From an uncultured Mollicutes bacterium (GTDB lineage: Bacteria; Bacillota_I; Bacilli_A; RF39; UBA660): a stretch of 64,000 nucleotides of DNA. The position numbers and the translations under genes were made by a program. Shown piece by piece: positions 28,111 through 38,255 of the stretch. The notes under the pieces were generated by a model. It made no database searches. It was not told where the DNA came from and worked only from the letters and a program-made list of their open reading frames with translations. The stretch spans positions 4,424 to 68,423 of the forward strand of contig CAMFOH010000001.1 in NCBI GenBank assembly GCA_945969495.1, written 5' to 3'. How positions within the stretch are numbered: position 1 is the stretch's first letter; every line of letters starts with the position of its first letter.

Positions 28111-28851
28111 ATGAAAAAGACGGTTTTGATAACGGGAGCATCACGTGGAATTGGAAAAGCTACCGCAATAGAATTTGCAAAAAAAGGATATAACGTGGTA
28201 ATTAATTATGTTTCTAATGATGATGCTGCTTCAAACTTAAAAAGTTTTATTGTGGAAAACTATGATGTAGACGTGATGCTTTGTAAGTGTGATGTATCTT
28301 GTGAAGAAGATGTTAAAAAAATGGTTAGTGATATAATTAACAATTTTGGACACATTGATGTATTAGTTAATAATGCTGGTATTGCAATTGATACTACTTT
28401 TGAAGATAAAACTGTAGAAAACTTTAGAAAGATATTAGATGTTAATTTAATAGGATCCTTTTTGGTTAGTAAAGAAGTTTGCAAACATATGCTTGTAAAT
28501 AAGAAAGGTAGCATAGTTAATGTTGCATCCACAAATGGGATAGATACTTATTATCCATATGCCTTAGATTATGATGCTTCAAAAGCTGCTTTAATATCTT
28601 TTACTCATAACTTATCTTTACAATTATCTCCTTATATTAGAGTTAATGCTGTTGCACCTGGTTGGACTAATACAGAACAAATTAAAGAAATGGATAAAGA
28701 CTTAATTAAAGACGAAAGTGAAAAAATTTATTTAAAAAGATTTGCTAAACCAGAAGAAATAGCTAAAGCAATATATTTTTTAGCAAGTGATGATGCAAGT
28801 TACATAAATAACGAAGTTTTAAGAGTAGATGGAGGATGTAATCACGCATAA
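28111..28851 (+). CDS. Short-chain dehydrogenase/reductase (FabG-like)
   Basis: 246 aa; TGASRGIGKA cofactor motif, NNAG, YxxxK (YDASKAA). Confidence 0.85.
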   Translation: MKKTVLITGASRGIGKATAIEFAKKGYNVVINYVSNDDAASNLKSFIVENYDVDVMLCKCDVSCEEDVKKMVSDIINNFGHIDVLVNNAGIAIDTTFEDKTVENFRKILDVNLIGSFLVSKEVCKHMLVNKKGSIVNVASTNGIDTYYPYALDYDASKAALISFTHNLSLQLSPYIRVNAVAPGWTNTEQIKEMDKDLIKDESEKIYLKRFAKPEEIAKAIYFLASDDASYINNEVLRVDGGCNHA

Positions 28852-28957
28852 TAAATAGTATGTCGAAATATGTCGATAGAAAAATTTATAAAATTATTTA
28901 CATGCGAACATATGTATGCTAGCATGTTAATTATCATTAATTGATTGGAGACTAGCA

Positions 28958-29796
28958 TGAAAGAACAAAAATTAAAAACAATAACGAATTTATTTGAAGG
29001 TAATTAAATTAGAAGTATTTGGAATAGTGAAAAAAAGATTAATATTTCAGTGTAGTAGATGTAATAGGTGTTTTAACTGAAAGTAAAATTCCAAGAAGAT
29101 ATTGGACAGATTTAAAGAAAAAATTAGTAGATGAAGGTAGTAAGTTGTACGAAAAAATCGTACAACTAAAGTTAACTTCTCCGAAAGATGGTAAAAAATA
29201 TATGACTGATGTTTTAGATACTGAAGGTATATTTAGACTTATAGAATCTGTTCCATCGCATAAGGCAGAACCTTTTAAGATGTGGTTAGCATCTTTAGGT
29301 AAAGAAAGAATAGATGAGGTTTTTGATCCTGAAAAAGCAATTCATAGAGCGATAGAATACTATAAGAATCATGGTTATCCTCTAGAATGGATAGAAAGAA
29401 GATTAAAAGCTATATTAGATAGAAATAAACTTACTAAAGTATAGAAAAGACAAGTGAATATGCTATTTAACTAATGAAATATATAAAGCTTGGTATGGCA
29501 TGAAAGCATCTGAATACAAAGATTTTAAAGGTATTAGAAAAGAGTCTTTAAGGGATAACATGAGTGATTTAGAACTTTTACTAACTGATATAGGAGATGT
29601 AACTACAAGGAAACTAGCTAAAGAACATAAACCACATGGTTTAAAGGCTAATAAAATAATAGCAAAAGCAGGCGGTGAAATAGCTAGTAATACTAAAAAA
29701 GAAATAGAACTAAAACTTGGTAAGAAAGTTATCAACAGTAAAAATAATTTAAATTATAAATATGTAGAGAATAAAGAGAAAATAGAAACTAAATAA
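28958..29796 (+). pseudogene. DinD/Bro-N-domain (DNA-damage-inducible protein D-like) gene inactivated by a nonsense codon, an A7 frameshift and a further stop/frameshift
   Basis: MKEQKLKTITNLFEGN*IRSIWNSEKKIN -(frameshift in gaaaaaaag)- YFSVVDVIGVLTESKIPRRYWTDLKKKL...TEGIFRLIESVPSHKAEPFKMWLA...LTKV* then out-of-frame C-terminal part MKASEYKDF...RDNMSDLELLLTDIGDVTT.... Confidence 0.7.
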
Positions 29797-29807
29797 GGAG
29801 TTATATA

Positions 29808-30134
29808 ATGCACAATATGAAAGATATTTTTAAATTATTAAGAAATACATATAAAAATTATAATATTACTATCGATGACGTATATAATTGTATAATTATT
29901 AAAAATGAGATTATAACTATTATTTGTGATGATTCAAAAATAGAACTTTATATAAAAAATAAAAACATTACTCATCAACATTTTGAAAATGAAACATATG
30001 ATGAAATTTATGATGTTATTGTAAATTACATAAATAATTATGATATTATAAAAAGGAAACAAGTGATTAAAAATTTTATTTATGTATCAATCGTAATAAT
30101 TATAGGTTTAATAATTTATTTATTTTATAGTTGA
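29808..30134 (+). CDS. Hypothetical small protein with C-terminal TM segment (108 aa)
   Basis: ORF with RBS aaggagtt; no recognisable motif. Confidence 0.4.
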   Translation: MHNMKDIFKLLRNTYKNYNITIDDVYNCIIIKNEIITIICDDSKIELYIKNKNITHQHFENETYDEIYDVIVNYINNYDIIKRKQVIKNFIYVSIVIIIGLIIYLFYS

Positions 30135-30148
30135 AAGGAAGTGCAAAT

Positions 30149-31399
30149 ATGTATAATGAATTTGGAATAAGTAATAAAGCTAAAGAGTTAGTTTTAAAAG
30201 CAGAAGAAGATTTAAAAGAAGAATTTAAGCAGATAGATGATATGTGTGATATAAATAGTTTAAAGGTACTTAGTGCGTTTAATAATAATAAAATATCGGA
30301 AATACATTTTAATTCTACTACGGGTTATGGTTATGATGATGTAGGTAGAGATGCTATAGAAAAAGTTTTTTCAGAAGTTTTAGGCGCAGAAGATGCTTTG
30401 GTTAGAAGTCAGTTTATATCAGGTTCTCATGCTTTGTGCGTGGCTTTATTTGCGTTTTTAAGACCGGGGGATGTTATGCTTAGCATAACGGGAACTCCTT
30501 ATGATACACTTCACGAAGTAATAGGAATTAAAGAGAATAATAGTTCTTTAAAATCTTTTGGAGTTAATTATGATCAAATAGACTTGGTTGATAATGATTT
30601 TGATTATGAAAAAATAAAAGGTTATATTACTAAAACAAAGGTTAAACTAATAGAAATACAAAGAAGTAAAGGTTATTCTACAAGAAAAAGTATTACGATT
30701 GATAAAGTAGAAAAAGCAGTCAAATTTATTAAGAGTATAGATAAAAATATAATTATCATGGTTGATAATTGTTATTGTGAGTTTGTAGAAGATAAATCAC
30801 CAACAGAAGTTGGAGCAGATGTTATGGTTGGTTCTTTAATTAAAAACTTAGGTGGTGGTATAGCACCTAATGGAGCTTATATAGCAGGTAAAAAAGAATT
30901 AGTTGATTTGGCAGGTGAAAGACTAACTTTACCAGGTGAAGGAAGAGAAGTAGGTCCAACGCTTGGAATTAATAAACAAATCTTGCAAGGATTATTTTTA
31001 GCACCTAGCGTAGTTGCATCAGCACTTAAAACGGCTGTTTTAACAAGTAAAGTCTTAGAAGATTTAGGGTATGATGTAGAACCTAAATATAATGAAGAAA
31101 GGGCAGACATTGTTCAAAATATTATATTTAAAAATGAAAACGATTTAATAGAATATTGTGGTGGTATACAAAGTGCATCACCAATTGATTCATTTTCAAA
31201 ACCACTTCCATGGGATATGCCAGGATATGATGATAAAGTGGTTATGGCAGCAGGAGCATTTACTCAAGGATCATCTATAGAGCTTTCTTGTGATGGGCCA
31301 ATTAGAGAACCTTTTATAGCATATCAACAAGGAAGTCTTACTTATTCATATGGTAAAATTGCGGTTATGAAAGCAGTAACAAAATTACTTTATAAATAA
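30149..31399 (+). CDS. YnbB-family PLP-dependent enzyme (methionine gamma-lyase-like / 'aluminium resistance protein')
   Basis: MYNEFGIS...HFNSTTGYGYDDVGRDAIEKVFSEVLGAEDALVRSQFISGSHAL matches the conserved YnbB N-terminus; ORF track begins at an upstream TTG 30131. Confidence 0.65.
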   Translation: MYNEFGISNKAKELVLKAEEDLKEEFKQIDDMCDINSLKVLSAFNNNKISEIHFNSTTGYGYDDVGRDAIEKVFSEVLGAEDALVRSQFISGSHALCVALFAFLRPGDVMLSITGTPYDTLHEVIGIKENNSSLKSFGVNYDQIDLVDNDFDYEKIKGYITKTKVKLIEIQRSKGYSTRKSITIDKVEKAVKFIKSIDKNIIIMVDNCYCEFVEDKSPTEVGADVMVGSLIKNLGGGIAPNGAYIAGKKELVDLAGERLTLPGEGREVGPTLGINKQILQGLFLAPSVVASALKTAVLTSKVLEDLGYDVEPKYNEERADIVQNIIFKNENDLIEYCGGIQSASPIDSFSKPLPWDMPGYDDKVVMAAGAFTQGSSIELSCDGPIREPFIAYQQGSLTYSYGKIAVMKAVTKLLYK

Positions 31400-31488
31400 A
31401 TAATTTTATAGAAAGAACATTTTAAAATAATGTTCTTTTATTTTATACTTTGTAAAACTCGTGTTATAATAAGTATGAAGGTGTAAGT

Positions 31489-32907
31489 ATGAAAAATAAA
31501 GGATTATTACTAATTTTATTTTTTTCTGTTTTATTACTGATAATTTTAATATATACAAATTATTTTAACAATGAGATATATTTTAAAAATGTTAATTCAT
31601 ATGATAAAGTAGAAGTATTTAGTAATTATAAGAATAATGATAATGTGATTGCTTGTTATGGAAACAAAATTAAATGTAATAAAATAGAATATAAAGTTCA
31701 AGGAATGGTAAATACGAAAAAATTAGGAGTTTATACACTTACCTATAGGGTAAAAAAAGATAAAAGTGTAGCTACTTTTAAGAAGAAAGTTGAAGTTGTT
31801 GATACAAAATCTCCAAAGTTAACAATAAATGGTACTTTTGAAAATGTTTGTCCAAACGGAAACGTAAGTGGAGTTACTTTTGAAGCAATTGATAATTATG
31901 ATGGAAATATAACTGATAAAATCAAATATAAAATAAAAGATAATAGGATAATATATAAAGTGACTGACTCTTCTGGTAATAGTACAAAAAAGGAGTTTGA
32001 TGTAACGATTAATGATAATGAAAAACCAACCTTAATTTTAAATGGCGAAAGCACAATATATATTTCTATTGGTTCTAATTATATTGAACCTGGTTATGTT
32101 GCAATTGATAATTGCGATGGAAATATAACTGAACAAGTTAATGTAACTACAAATTTAGATACTAATAAAAAAGGAACTTATGAGATAACTTATAGTATTA
32201 AAGATGAGTTTGGTAATGAAGTGGTTGCAAAAAGAATTGTTAAAGTTTTTCCAAAAAATAACTATAAACCAGGAGAGGTTAGTGCGAAAACAATTTATCT
32301 AACTTTTGATGATGGTCCAGGAGCCCATACTGAAAGGTTACTTGATATATTAAGAAAATATGATGTAAAAGCAACTTTTTTTGTAACTGGATATAACAAT
32401 AATTACAATGAATTATTAACCAAGGAACATAATGAAGGACATACAGTTGGTCTTCATAGCTATACTCATAATTATGGATTAATATATTCTGGTATTGATT
32501 CTTATATGGAAGATCTATTAAAAATTCAAGATAAAGTTAAACAGTATACGGGTGAGGAATCAAAAATAATTAGATTTCCAGGTGGAAGTTCTAATACTAT
32601 CAGCAAAAGATATCGTATTGGAATAATGAGTGATTTAACGAAAAAAGTAGAAGAAATTGGATTTAGATATTTTGATTGGACCATTGCATCGGGAGATGCT
32701 GGTAACACCAAAGATTCTAACAAAATAGTTCAAAATGTTATAAGTGGTTTAAAAGAAAATGATGTTAATGTTGTATTAATGCATGATATAAAATCATATA
32801 CGGTTGATGCAGTTGAAAGAATTATTGAGTATGGGCTTGCTAATGGATACACTTTTGTACCACTTACAATGGAAAGTCCTATTGTTCATCAAAAAGTTAA
32901 TAACTAA
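31489..32907 (+). CDS. Secreted polysaccharide (peptidoglycan GlcNAc) deacetylase with N-terminal Ig-like/DUF5011 domains
   Basis: NodB motifs LTFDDGP, GLHSYTH, plus LMHD; signal/TM at N-terminus. Confidence 0.8.
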   Translation: MKNKGLLLILFFSVLLLIILIYTNYFNNEIYFKNVNSYDKVEVFSNYKNNDNVIACYGNKIKCNKIEYKVQGMVNTKKLGVYTLTYRVKKDKSVATFKKKVEVVDTKSPKLTINGTFENVCPNGNVSGVTFEAIDNYDGNITDKIKYKIKDNRIIYKVTDSSGNSTKKEFDVTINDNEKPTLILNGESTIYISIGSNYIEPGYVAIDNCDGNITEQVNVTTNLDTNKKGTYEITYSIKDEFGNEVVAKRIVKVFPKNNYKPGEVSAKTIYLTFDDGPGAHTERLLDILRKYDVKATFFVTGYNNNYNELLTKEHNEGHTVGLHSYTHNYGLIYSGIDSYMEDLLKIQDKVKQYTGEESKIIRFPGGSSNTISKRYRIGIMSDLTKKVEEIGFRYFDWTIASGDAGNTKDSNKIVQNVISGLKENDVNVVLMHDIKSYTVDAVERIIEYGLANGYTFVPLTMESPIVHQKVNN

Positions 32908-32994
32908 AACGCAATTATTTGCGTTTTTTTAGTGGCTTAATAATTATTCCTCTTTAAACTTGTTTCATTAAATAATAATGAAAAGGGGGAAATT

Positions 32995-33954
32995 ATGGAA
33001 AAGAGAGGTATTGATATTTCTCATCACCAAGGTGATATAGATTTTGATAAATTAAAAGGAAATATAGATTTTGCTATGGTGAGAACTAGTTATGGAGCAT
33101 TTTATGAGGATAAAAAATATAAGCAGAATATAGCAGGTTTAGAAAGGATAGGAGTGCCTTATGGGCTATATCACTTTTCTTATGCAAAAAGTGTAGATTC
33201 AGCAAAAAAAGAAGCTGATGGTTTTATAAATATCATAAAAAAATATAATCCTACTTATCCGGTCGTAATAGATATAGAATCTTCTAGTAGAACTTCTAAT
33301 TTAAGACAAGATACATTAGTAGATATAGCAGATACAATTTGTAAGAAAATTGAAGATGCAGGATATTATGTAATGATATATGCTAACTTAGATTATTTAA
33401 ATAATAAATTAAATGATAGTAAGCTTGATAGATATGATAAATGGTTAGCTGAATGGAAAGGTAAACCTAGCTATAATAAACCATTTGGTATATGGCAGTA
33501 TTCTTCTAAAGGAAGCATTCCTGGTATAAATGGTAATGTGGATTTAAACGTTTCATACAAAGATTATCCGTCAATAATAAAAAGTAATAAATTAAACAAT
33601 AATGATAATCCTGTTATTTTAGATAAAGAAAATATTATTTCTGAAATTAATTATGTAGTAAAAAAAGGAGATAATTTAAGTAAAATAGCTAGCAAGTATG
33701 GAACTACATATCAGGCTTTAGCTAGTTATAATAACATAACAAATCCAAATAAGATATATATTGGGCAAATAATAAGAGTGCCTAATTCGTCTAGTGGTAT
33801 AAAACCATCTACTTATGTTGTAAAAAAGAATGATACTTTGATTGACATAGCTAAAAAATATGGAATTGACTGGAAAGAATTGTATAATAAGAATAAAGAT
33901 GTAATTGGAAAAAATCCTAATCTAATAAAGCCTGGACAAGTATTAGAAATATAA
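32995..33954 (+). CDS. GH25 muramidase (lysozyme) with two C-terminal LysM domains
   Basis: MEKRGIDISHHQGDIDF (GH25 active-site start), two LysM repeats YVVKKGDNLSKIA... and YVVKKNDTLIDIA.... Confidence 0.85.
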   Translation: MEKRGIDISHHQGDIDFDKLKGNIDFAMVRTSYGAFYEDKKYKQNIAGLERIGVPYGLYHFSYAKSVDSAKKEADGFINIIKKYNPTYPVVIDIESSSRTSNLRQDTLVDIADTICKKIEDAGYYVMIYANLDYLNNKLNDSKLDRYDKWLAEWKGKPSYNKPFGIWQYSSKGSIPGINGNVDLNVSYKDYPSIIKSNKLNNNDNPVILDKENIISEINYVVKKGDNLSKIASKYGTTYQALASYNNITNPNKIYIGQIIRVPNSSSGIKPSTYVVKKNDTLIDIAKKYGIDWKELYNKNKDVIGKNPNLIKPGQVLEI

Positions 33955-34052
33955 AAGTTAACATTTTATGTGTTAACTTTTTAATTTTAATATTGACTAA
34001 TTTATAAATTAAGGGTATTATCTATTATAGATAATAAGGAGAGGAGAAAGGT

Positions 34053-34592
34053 ATGAAAAAGCAAAATATTGTTATAATTGGTGTTGTAGCTTTAATTTTA
34101 GCAGTAGCAGTAGGTTATGCACTATTTAGTGAAACTATTACAATTAATGGAACAGCAACTGCAAAAGGAGATTTTGATGTTGAATTTACATCTGTTGGAA
34201 CAATAACAAAGTCTGGTTACACAGAAGTTAATGATGCTAATGGTAATGGAACAGAAAGTAACATAGCAGTAATAAGCCCTGATAAAAACACTTTAACAGT
34301 AACTGTTAATAAGTTAGCTTACCCAGGTGCTTATGTTACTATTCCTGTTACTATAACAAATAAGGGATCTATTCCAGCTGTATTAGAAAATATTGTTCAA
34401 ACTGGTTTAGATACTGAAGCTGGTCCAATCAAAGTTTCTTATACTGGTATTGCAGCTAGTGAAACTCCAATTGCATCAGGTGCAACTCAAAATATGACTA
34501 TTAAAGTTGAATGGCTTGAAAATGTAAATACTACTGCAGAAGCAGCATCATTTACAATAAAATTAAAATACAAGCAAGTAACAGCTCAATAA
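34053..34592 (+). CDS. TasA/camelysin-like secreted protein with SipW-cognate signal peptide (paralog 1, 179 aa)
   Basis: MKKQN + hydrophobic core + AVAVGYALFSETITINGTATAKG (cf. CalY GGTFAYFSDKE); beta-rich body conserved with 34750 and 38256 (NTLTVTV...YPGAYV.IPVTITNKGSIPA). Confidence 0.6.
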   Translation: MKKQNIVIIGVVALILAVAVGYALFSETITINGTATAKGDFDVEFTSVGTITKSGYTEVNDANGNGTESNIAVISPDKNTLTVTVNKLAYPGAYVTIPVTITNKGSIPAVLENIVQTGLDTEAGPIKVSYTGIAASETPIASGATQNMTIKVEWLENVNTTAEAASFTIKLKYKQVTAQ

Positions 34593-34749
34593 TAAAAGGT
34601 AAAGTGTAAACTTTATCTTTTATTTTTTGTTGTAAAATAAAGCTAATTTTACATTTAATATTTTAATTTTATAAATATTGATAAAAATATTGTTTACATT
34701 TTTAAAAATGTGGTATTATATTTTTGTAAGATAAAGGAAGGAGTAAAAA

Positions 34750-35253
34750 ATGAAAAAACAAAATATTATTATGATTGCAGTAGTTGCTTTTGTATTAGCA
34801 GTAGCAGTAGGTTATGCACTATTTAGTGAAACTATTACAATTAATGGTACGGCAACTGCAAAAGGAAATTTTGATGTTGAATTTACTACTGCAACAATTA
34901 GTGAGCAAGTAGGTTCTACAGGAGCAACAGCAGTAATTAGTGATGATAAAAACACATTAACTATTACTGTTCCTAGGTTAGAGTATCCAGGTGCTTATGT
35001 TGTTATCCCTGTTACTGTAACAAATAAAGGATCTATTCCAGCTAAGCTAATTAATATTGAAGAATCTGGTTTAACAACTGACGCATCAGTAAAAGTTTCA
35101 TATGAAAATTTGCAAGAATTAAAGAATGTAGAAGTTGCACAAAATGGAACTCAATCATTTACCATAAAAGTAATGTGGGATGCAAATTCTAATGTTTCAT
35201 CTGAAAATGTTGAATTTACTATAAGATTAAATTACCAACAAATACAAGCTTAA
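34750..35253 (+). CDS. TasA/camelysin-like secreted protein with SipW-cognate signal peptide (paralog 2, 167 aa)
   Basis: First 45 residues almost identical to paralog 1; same conserved core blocks. Confidence 0.6.
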   Translation: MKKQNIIMIAVVAFVLAVAVGYALFSETITINGTATAKGNFDVEFTTATISEQVGSTGATAVISDDKNTLTITVPRLEYPGAYVVIPVTVTNKGSIPAKLINIEESGLTTDASVKVSYENLQELKNVEVAQNGTQSFTIKVMWDANSNVSSENVEFTIRLNYQQIQA

Positions 35254-35335
35254 CAAAAAACAGGTTATACCTGTTTTTTTATTGTTTTTTAGTTAATATT
35301 ATGTTAATATTAATATAATATAGGAGTGTATAATT

Positions 35336-35926
35336 ATGGATGTATTAAAAGATAAAAAAATATATATTATTAGTATTATTATATTTATTTACATTCTTTT
35401 TTTATCAGTTGGATATGCATTTTTTAGTGAATCTTTAACCATAAATGGTGTTGCAAGTACTGTTGAATATTATGAAGGTACTAAATTACCTACAACTCCA
35501 ATATTATTAGATACTACCAATAATCACTATACTACTGAAAGTGTGCATAAGAACTATCTAGATTGGAGTAGTGAGACATGGCAAGATGATACTCTAGAAG
35601 TTCATTATCAGAAAAAATTTGGTATTGTTATAGGAAGCAAAACGGTTACTTATACAGCGTCTTTTACAAATCCCACTGTTCTTGATTATACGGATGGAAA
35701 TATATCGGTTGAAATAACTAAAAATGATAGTGGTGGAGTAAAAGAAGCATCTGGAAGTATTTCATCTAGTACGATAAAGCAGGGAGAAGCGGCAACTATT
35801 GAAGTTACAATAAAACATAATTTTTTAACTAGATATGGTAGTGACTCAGTAACTGCAACAATAACTTATAATTTACAACAAAAACAAAGAACATTTTATT
35901 TTATTGTGTATTTTGATGGGGTATAA
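35336..35926 (+). CDS. Secreted protein with SipW-cognate-type signal (SVGYAFFSESLTINGVASTV), 196 aa, paralogous N-region to 35950
   Basis: Shares YYEGTKLP...SWQDDT...FTNPTVLDYTDG blocks with the 330-aa protein. Confidence 0.55.
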   Translation: MDVLKDKKIYIISIIIFIYILFLSVGYAFFSESLTINGVASTVEYYEGTKLPTTPILLDTTNNHYTTESVHKNYLDWSSETWQDDTLEVHYQKKFGIVIGSKTVTYTASFTNPTVLDYTDGNISVEITKNDSGGVKEASGSISSSTIKQGEAATIEVTIKHNFLTRYGSDSVTATITYNLQQKQRTFYFIVYFDGV

Positions 35927-35949
35927 GATATCATAAATATAATTAATAG

Positions 35950-36942
35950 GTGATAACAATGAGGAAAAAAAAAAGTAAAAAAATATATGTAATAACTATG
36001 ATTTTATTCGTATATATATTATTTTTATCAGTAGGTTATGCTTTTTTTAGTGAATCTTTAACCATAAATGGTGTTGCAAGTACGGTTGATTATTATGAAG
36101 GTACTAAATTACCAGTAACATCAGTTGTAAGAAATACTAGTAATAATTATTATTTCACATCAGACTTTTCAAGTGATTATTTAATTAGTTTTCAAAGTGA
36201 ATCATGGCAAGATGATACCTACATTTTAAATATTGATAAAACATTATTAGCTAGTTTGGAAGGACAAATGATAACATATACCATATCTTTTATAAATCCA
36301 ACCGTATTAAACTATACTAATGGGGTTATTTCAACGGAAGTTATTGGTGACTCAAGTGATATAGTTTTAACTGAAGGTACTCTTTCAGCAACCGAAGTAG
36401 AACCTAATGGAACGGTTGATGTATCATTTGGAATAAAAGTTGATAGCTTTAATTCTAGTGATAGTTCTGCTAAGGCTACCATAACATATACTTATCAAAA
36501 TAAAACTAGATACTTATATTTTATTGTAAATTATAAAACAACAGGAAATTATCAAAATTTATTTTCAGATGAACTTTTATTGAACCCTTATAGTAATGGT
36601 TCTGTAATTAAAACTATTGATGGTTATTCAGTAAATAAATATCCAGCTGTCTATTATAAAGCTAGTAACCCTTCTTTTAAAGAACTATTAGAGAGTTTAA
36701 AACCAGGAGTTAAATATATGCTCATAAGAGATTATCAAGGAGATATGGGAGCAAGTAATGGAATGATAAACCTAAGAAATTCAACAGACGTTATTGTTAG
36801 AACACCAGTAGGCGTAGGAGTTAAAAGTGTTACTTTCACACTAACTCAAGAACAAATAGATAGCATTGATAGAATGTATGTATATGGTCGTGCAACAGGT
36901 GCAAATACATTTAGGTTTATTCAGTTAAGACAACTGGATTAA
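35950..36942 (+). CDS. Secreted protein with SipW-cognate-type signal, 330 aa (N-terminal half paralogous to 35336, extra C-terminal domain)
   Basis: Same signal/motif; additional 150-aa C-terminal domain. Confidence 0.55.
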   Translation: MITMRKKKSKKIYVITMILFVYILFLSVGYAFFSESLTINGVASTVDYYEGTKLPVTSVVRNTSNNYYFTSDFSSDYLISFQSESWQDDTYILNIDKTLLASLEGQMITYTISFINPTVLNYTNGVISTEVIGDSSDIVLTEGTLSATEVEPNGTVDVSFGIKVDSFNSSDSSAKATITYTYQNKTRYLYFIVNYKTTGNYQNLFSDELLLNPYSNGSVIKTIDGYSVNKYPAVYYKASNPSFKELLESLKPGVKYMLIRDYQGDMGASNGMINLRNSTDVIVRTPVGVGVKSVTFTLTQEQIDSIDRMYVYGRATGANTFRFIQLRQLD

Positions 36943-36960
36943 AATGAAAATGGAGGAATT

Positions 36961-37086
36961 ATGAAGAAAAACATTAAATTATTAGTATTAGCTTTAATTA
37001 TTTTATCTTCTATAGTGTTAGAAGCAACTAAAATATCTATGAAGTTAGGTTCATCTTATGCATATGATTTAAAACCAATGAAATAG
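36961..37086 (+). CDS. Possible 41-aa signal-peptide-bearing mini-protein (MKKNIKLLVLALIILSSIVLEATKISMKLGSSYAYDLKPMK)
   Basis: GGAGG RBS 4 nt upstream; not in ORF track (below length cut-off); located immediately upstream of the signal peptidase gene. Confidence 0.35.
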   Translation: MKKNIKLLVLALIILSSIVLEATKISMKLGSSYAYDLKPMK

Positions 37087-37167
37087 ATATTTATTGGAAT
37101 AATAACATTTGTATATTTTAAAAATAAAAAAATAGTTAATAATAAGTATAAAAAAGAAGTTAATTTT

Positions 37168-38157
37168 GTGGTTGTAGTAACAACGCTTATATATTTTCTT
37201 ATATATTTTGTATTAGGATATATTAAAGGTTTTGCTAATAATCCTTATGATAGTTCTCTAAGGGGAATAATAACAAATTTATGGACTTTTTTACCGATGC
37301 TTATTGTTAGGGAGTATGTTAGATATTACATGATTAATAATTGTGATCAAAAGCGAATTTTATCGTGGACACTATTTATATCTTTAATGTTTGTCGCTGT
37401 TGATTTAAATATTTATAAATTTGACACTTATTTTGAAACATCTCTAACAACTTTAGAATTTATTATAGAGACATTACTACCTGGTATAGTAACAAATCTA
37501 TATTTAACTTATATTTGTTATTTTGCAGGTTATAAAACATCTGTTTTATATGCTTTATTACCACAACTTGCGTTATATGTATTACCAATATTGCCTGATA
37601 CAGATTGGTCAGTGCTTTCAATTCTTAATTCAGCAGTACCATTTTTCTCTTATATATACATAAACTATATGATTAATAAAATGGATAAAACTTTAAATCA
37701 CAAAGAAGTAAAAACAGTAGATTTAAAAGGATGGCTAGCAATGATAGCAATAGTTATATTGATGGTTTGTTTTGGTGTTGGACTTTTCCCTATTGAACCT
37801 CTTGTTATCGCAAGTAATAGTATGGCTCCAAAAATTTATAAAGGTGATATTGTTATAATTCAAGATAAAGATGTAAGTGAAGTAAAAAAAGGAGACATTA
37901 TCCGTTACAAAATGGATGGATATTATGTTGTTCACCGCGTTGTTATGATAAACGAAGATGAAGAAGGAAATAGGCAATTTATAACAAAAGGTGATAATAA
38001 TGATGATATAGATTTGTATCCCGTTAAAGAATATCAGTATGCTGGTACCATTAAATTTGATATTCCATACTTAGGTTATCCAACCTTAATACTTAGTAAG
38101 CTTTTAAATACAAACGTTGATGATAAAGTGACGGTAGATAAAGGAAGAACACCATAA
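37168..38157 (+). CDS. SipW-type (ER/archaeal-type) signal peptidase I fused to an N-terminal about 180-aa multi-pass membrane domain
   Basis: C-terminal part LFPIEPLVIASNSMAPKIYKGDIVII...VVHRV...FITKGDNNDDID matches B. subtilis SipW (SGSMEP, GDNN); N-terminal 180 aa has 5-6 predicted TM helices and no counterpart in SipW. Confidence 0.7.
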   Translation: MVVVTTLIYFLIYFVLGYIKGFANNPYDSSLRGIITNLWTFLPMLIVREYVRYYMINNCDQKRILSWTLFISLMFVAVDLNIYKFDTYFETSLTTLEFIIETLLPGIVTNLYLTYICYFAGYKTSVLYALLPQLALYVLPILPDTDWSVLSILNSAVPFFSYIYINYMINKMDKTLNHKEVKTVDLKGWLAMIAIVILMVCFGVGLFPIEPLVIASNSMAPKIYKGDIVIIQDKDVSEVKKGDIIRYKMDGYYVVHRVVMINEDEEGNRQFITKGDNNDDIDLYPVKEYQYAGTIKFDIPYLGYPTLILSKLLNTNVDDKVTVDKGRTP

Positions 38158-38255
38158 AATAATTGTCATATATTTTACGAATAATTGTTTTATTTATTTT
38201 TAATTATTGAAAAATTAAGCATTGAATGGTATACTTAATACGATAGAGGTGTCTC

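Noticed and set aside
29463-29735. 90-aa minus-strand ORF
   Set aside because: Antisense to the C-terminal part of the DinD/Bro-N pseudogene.
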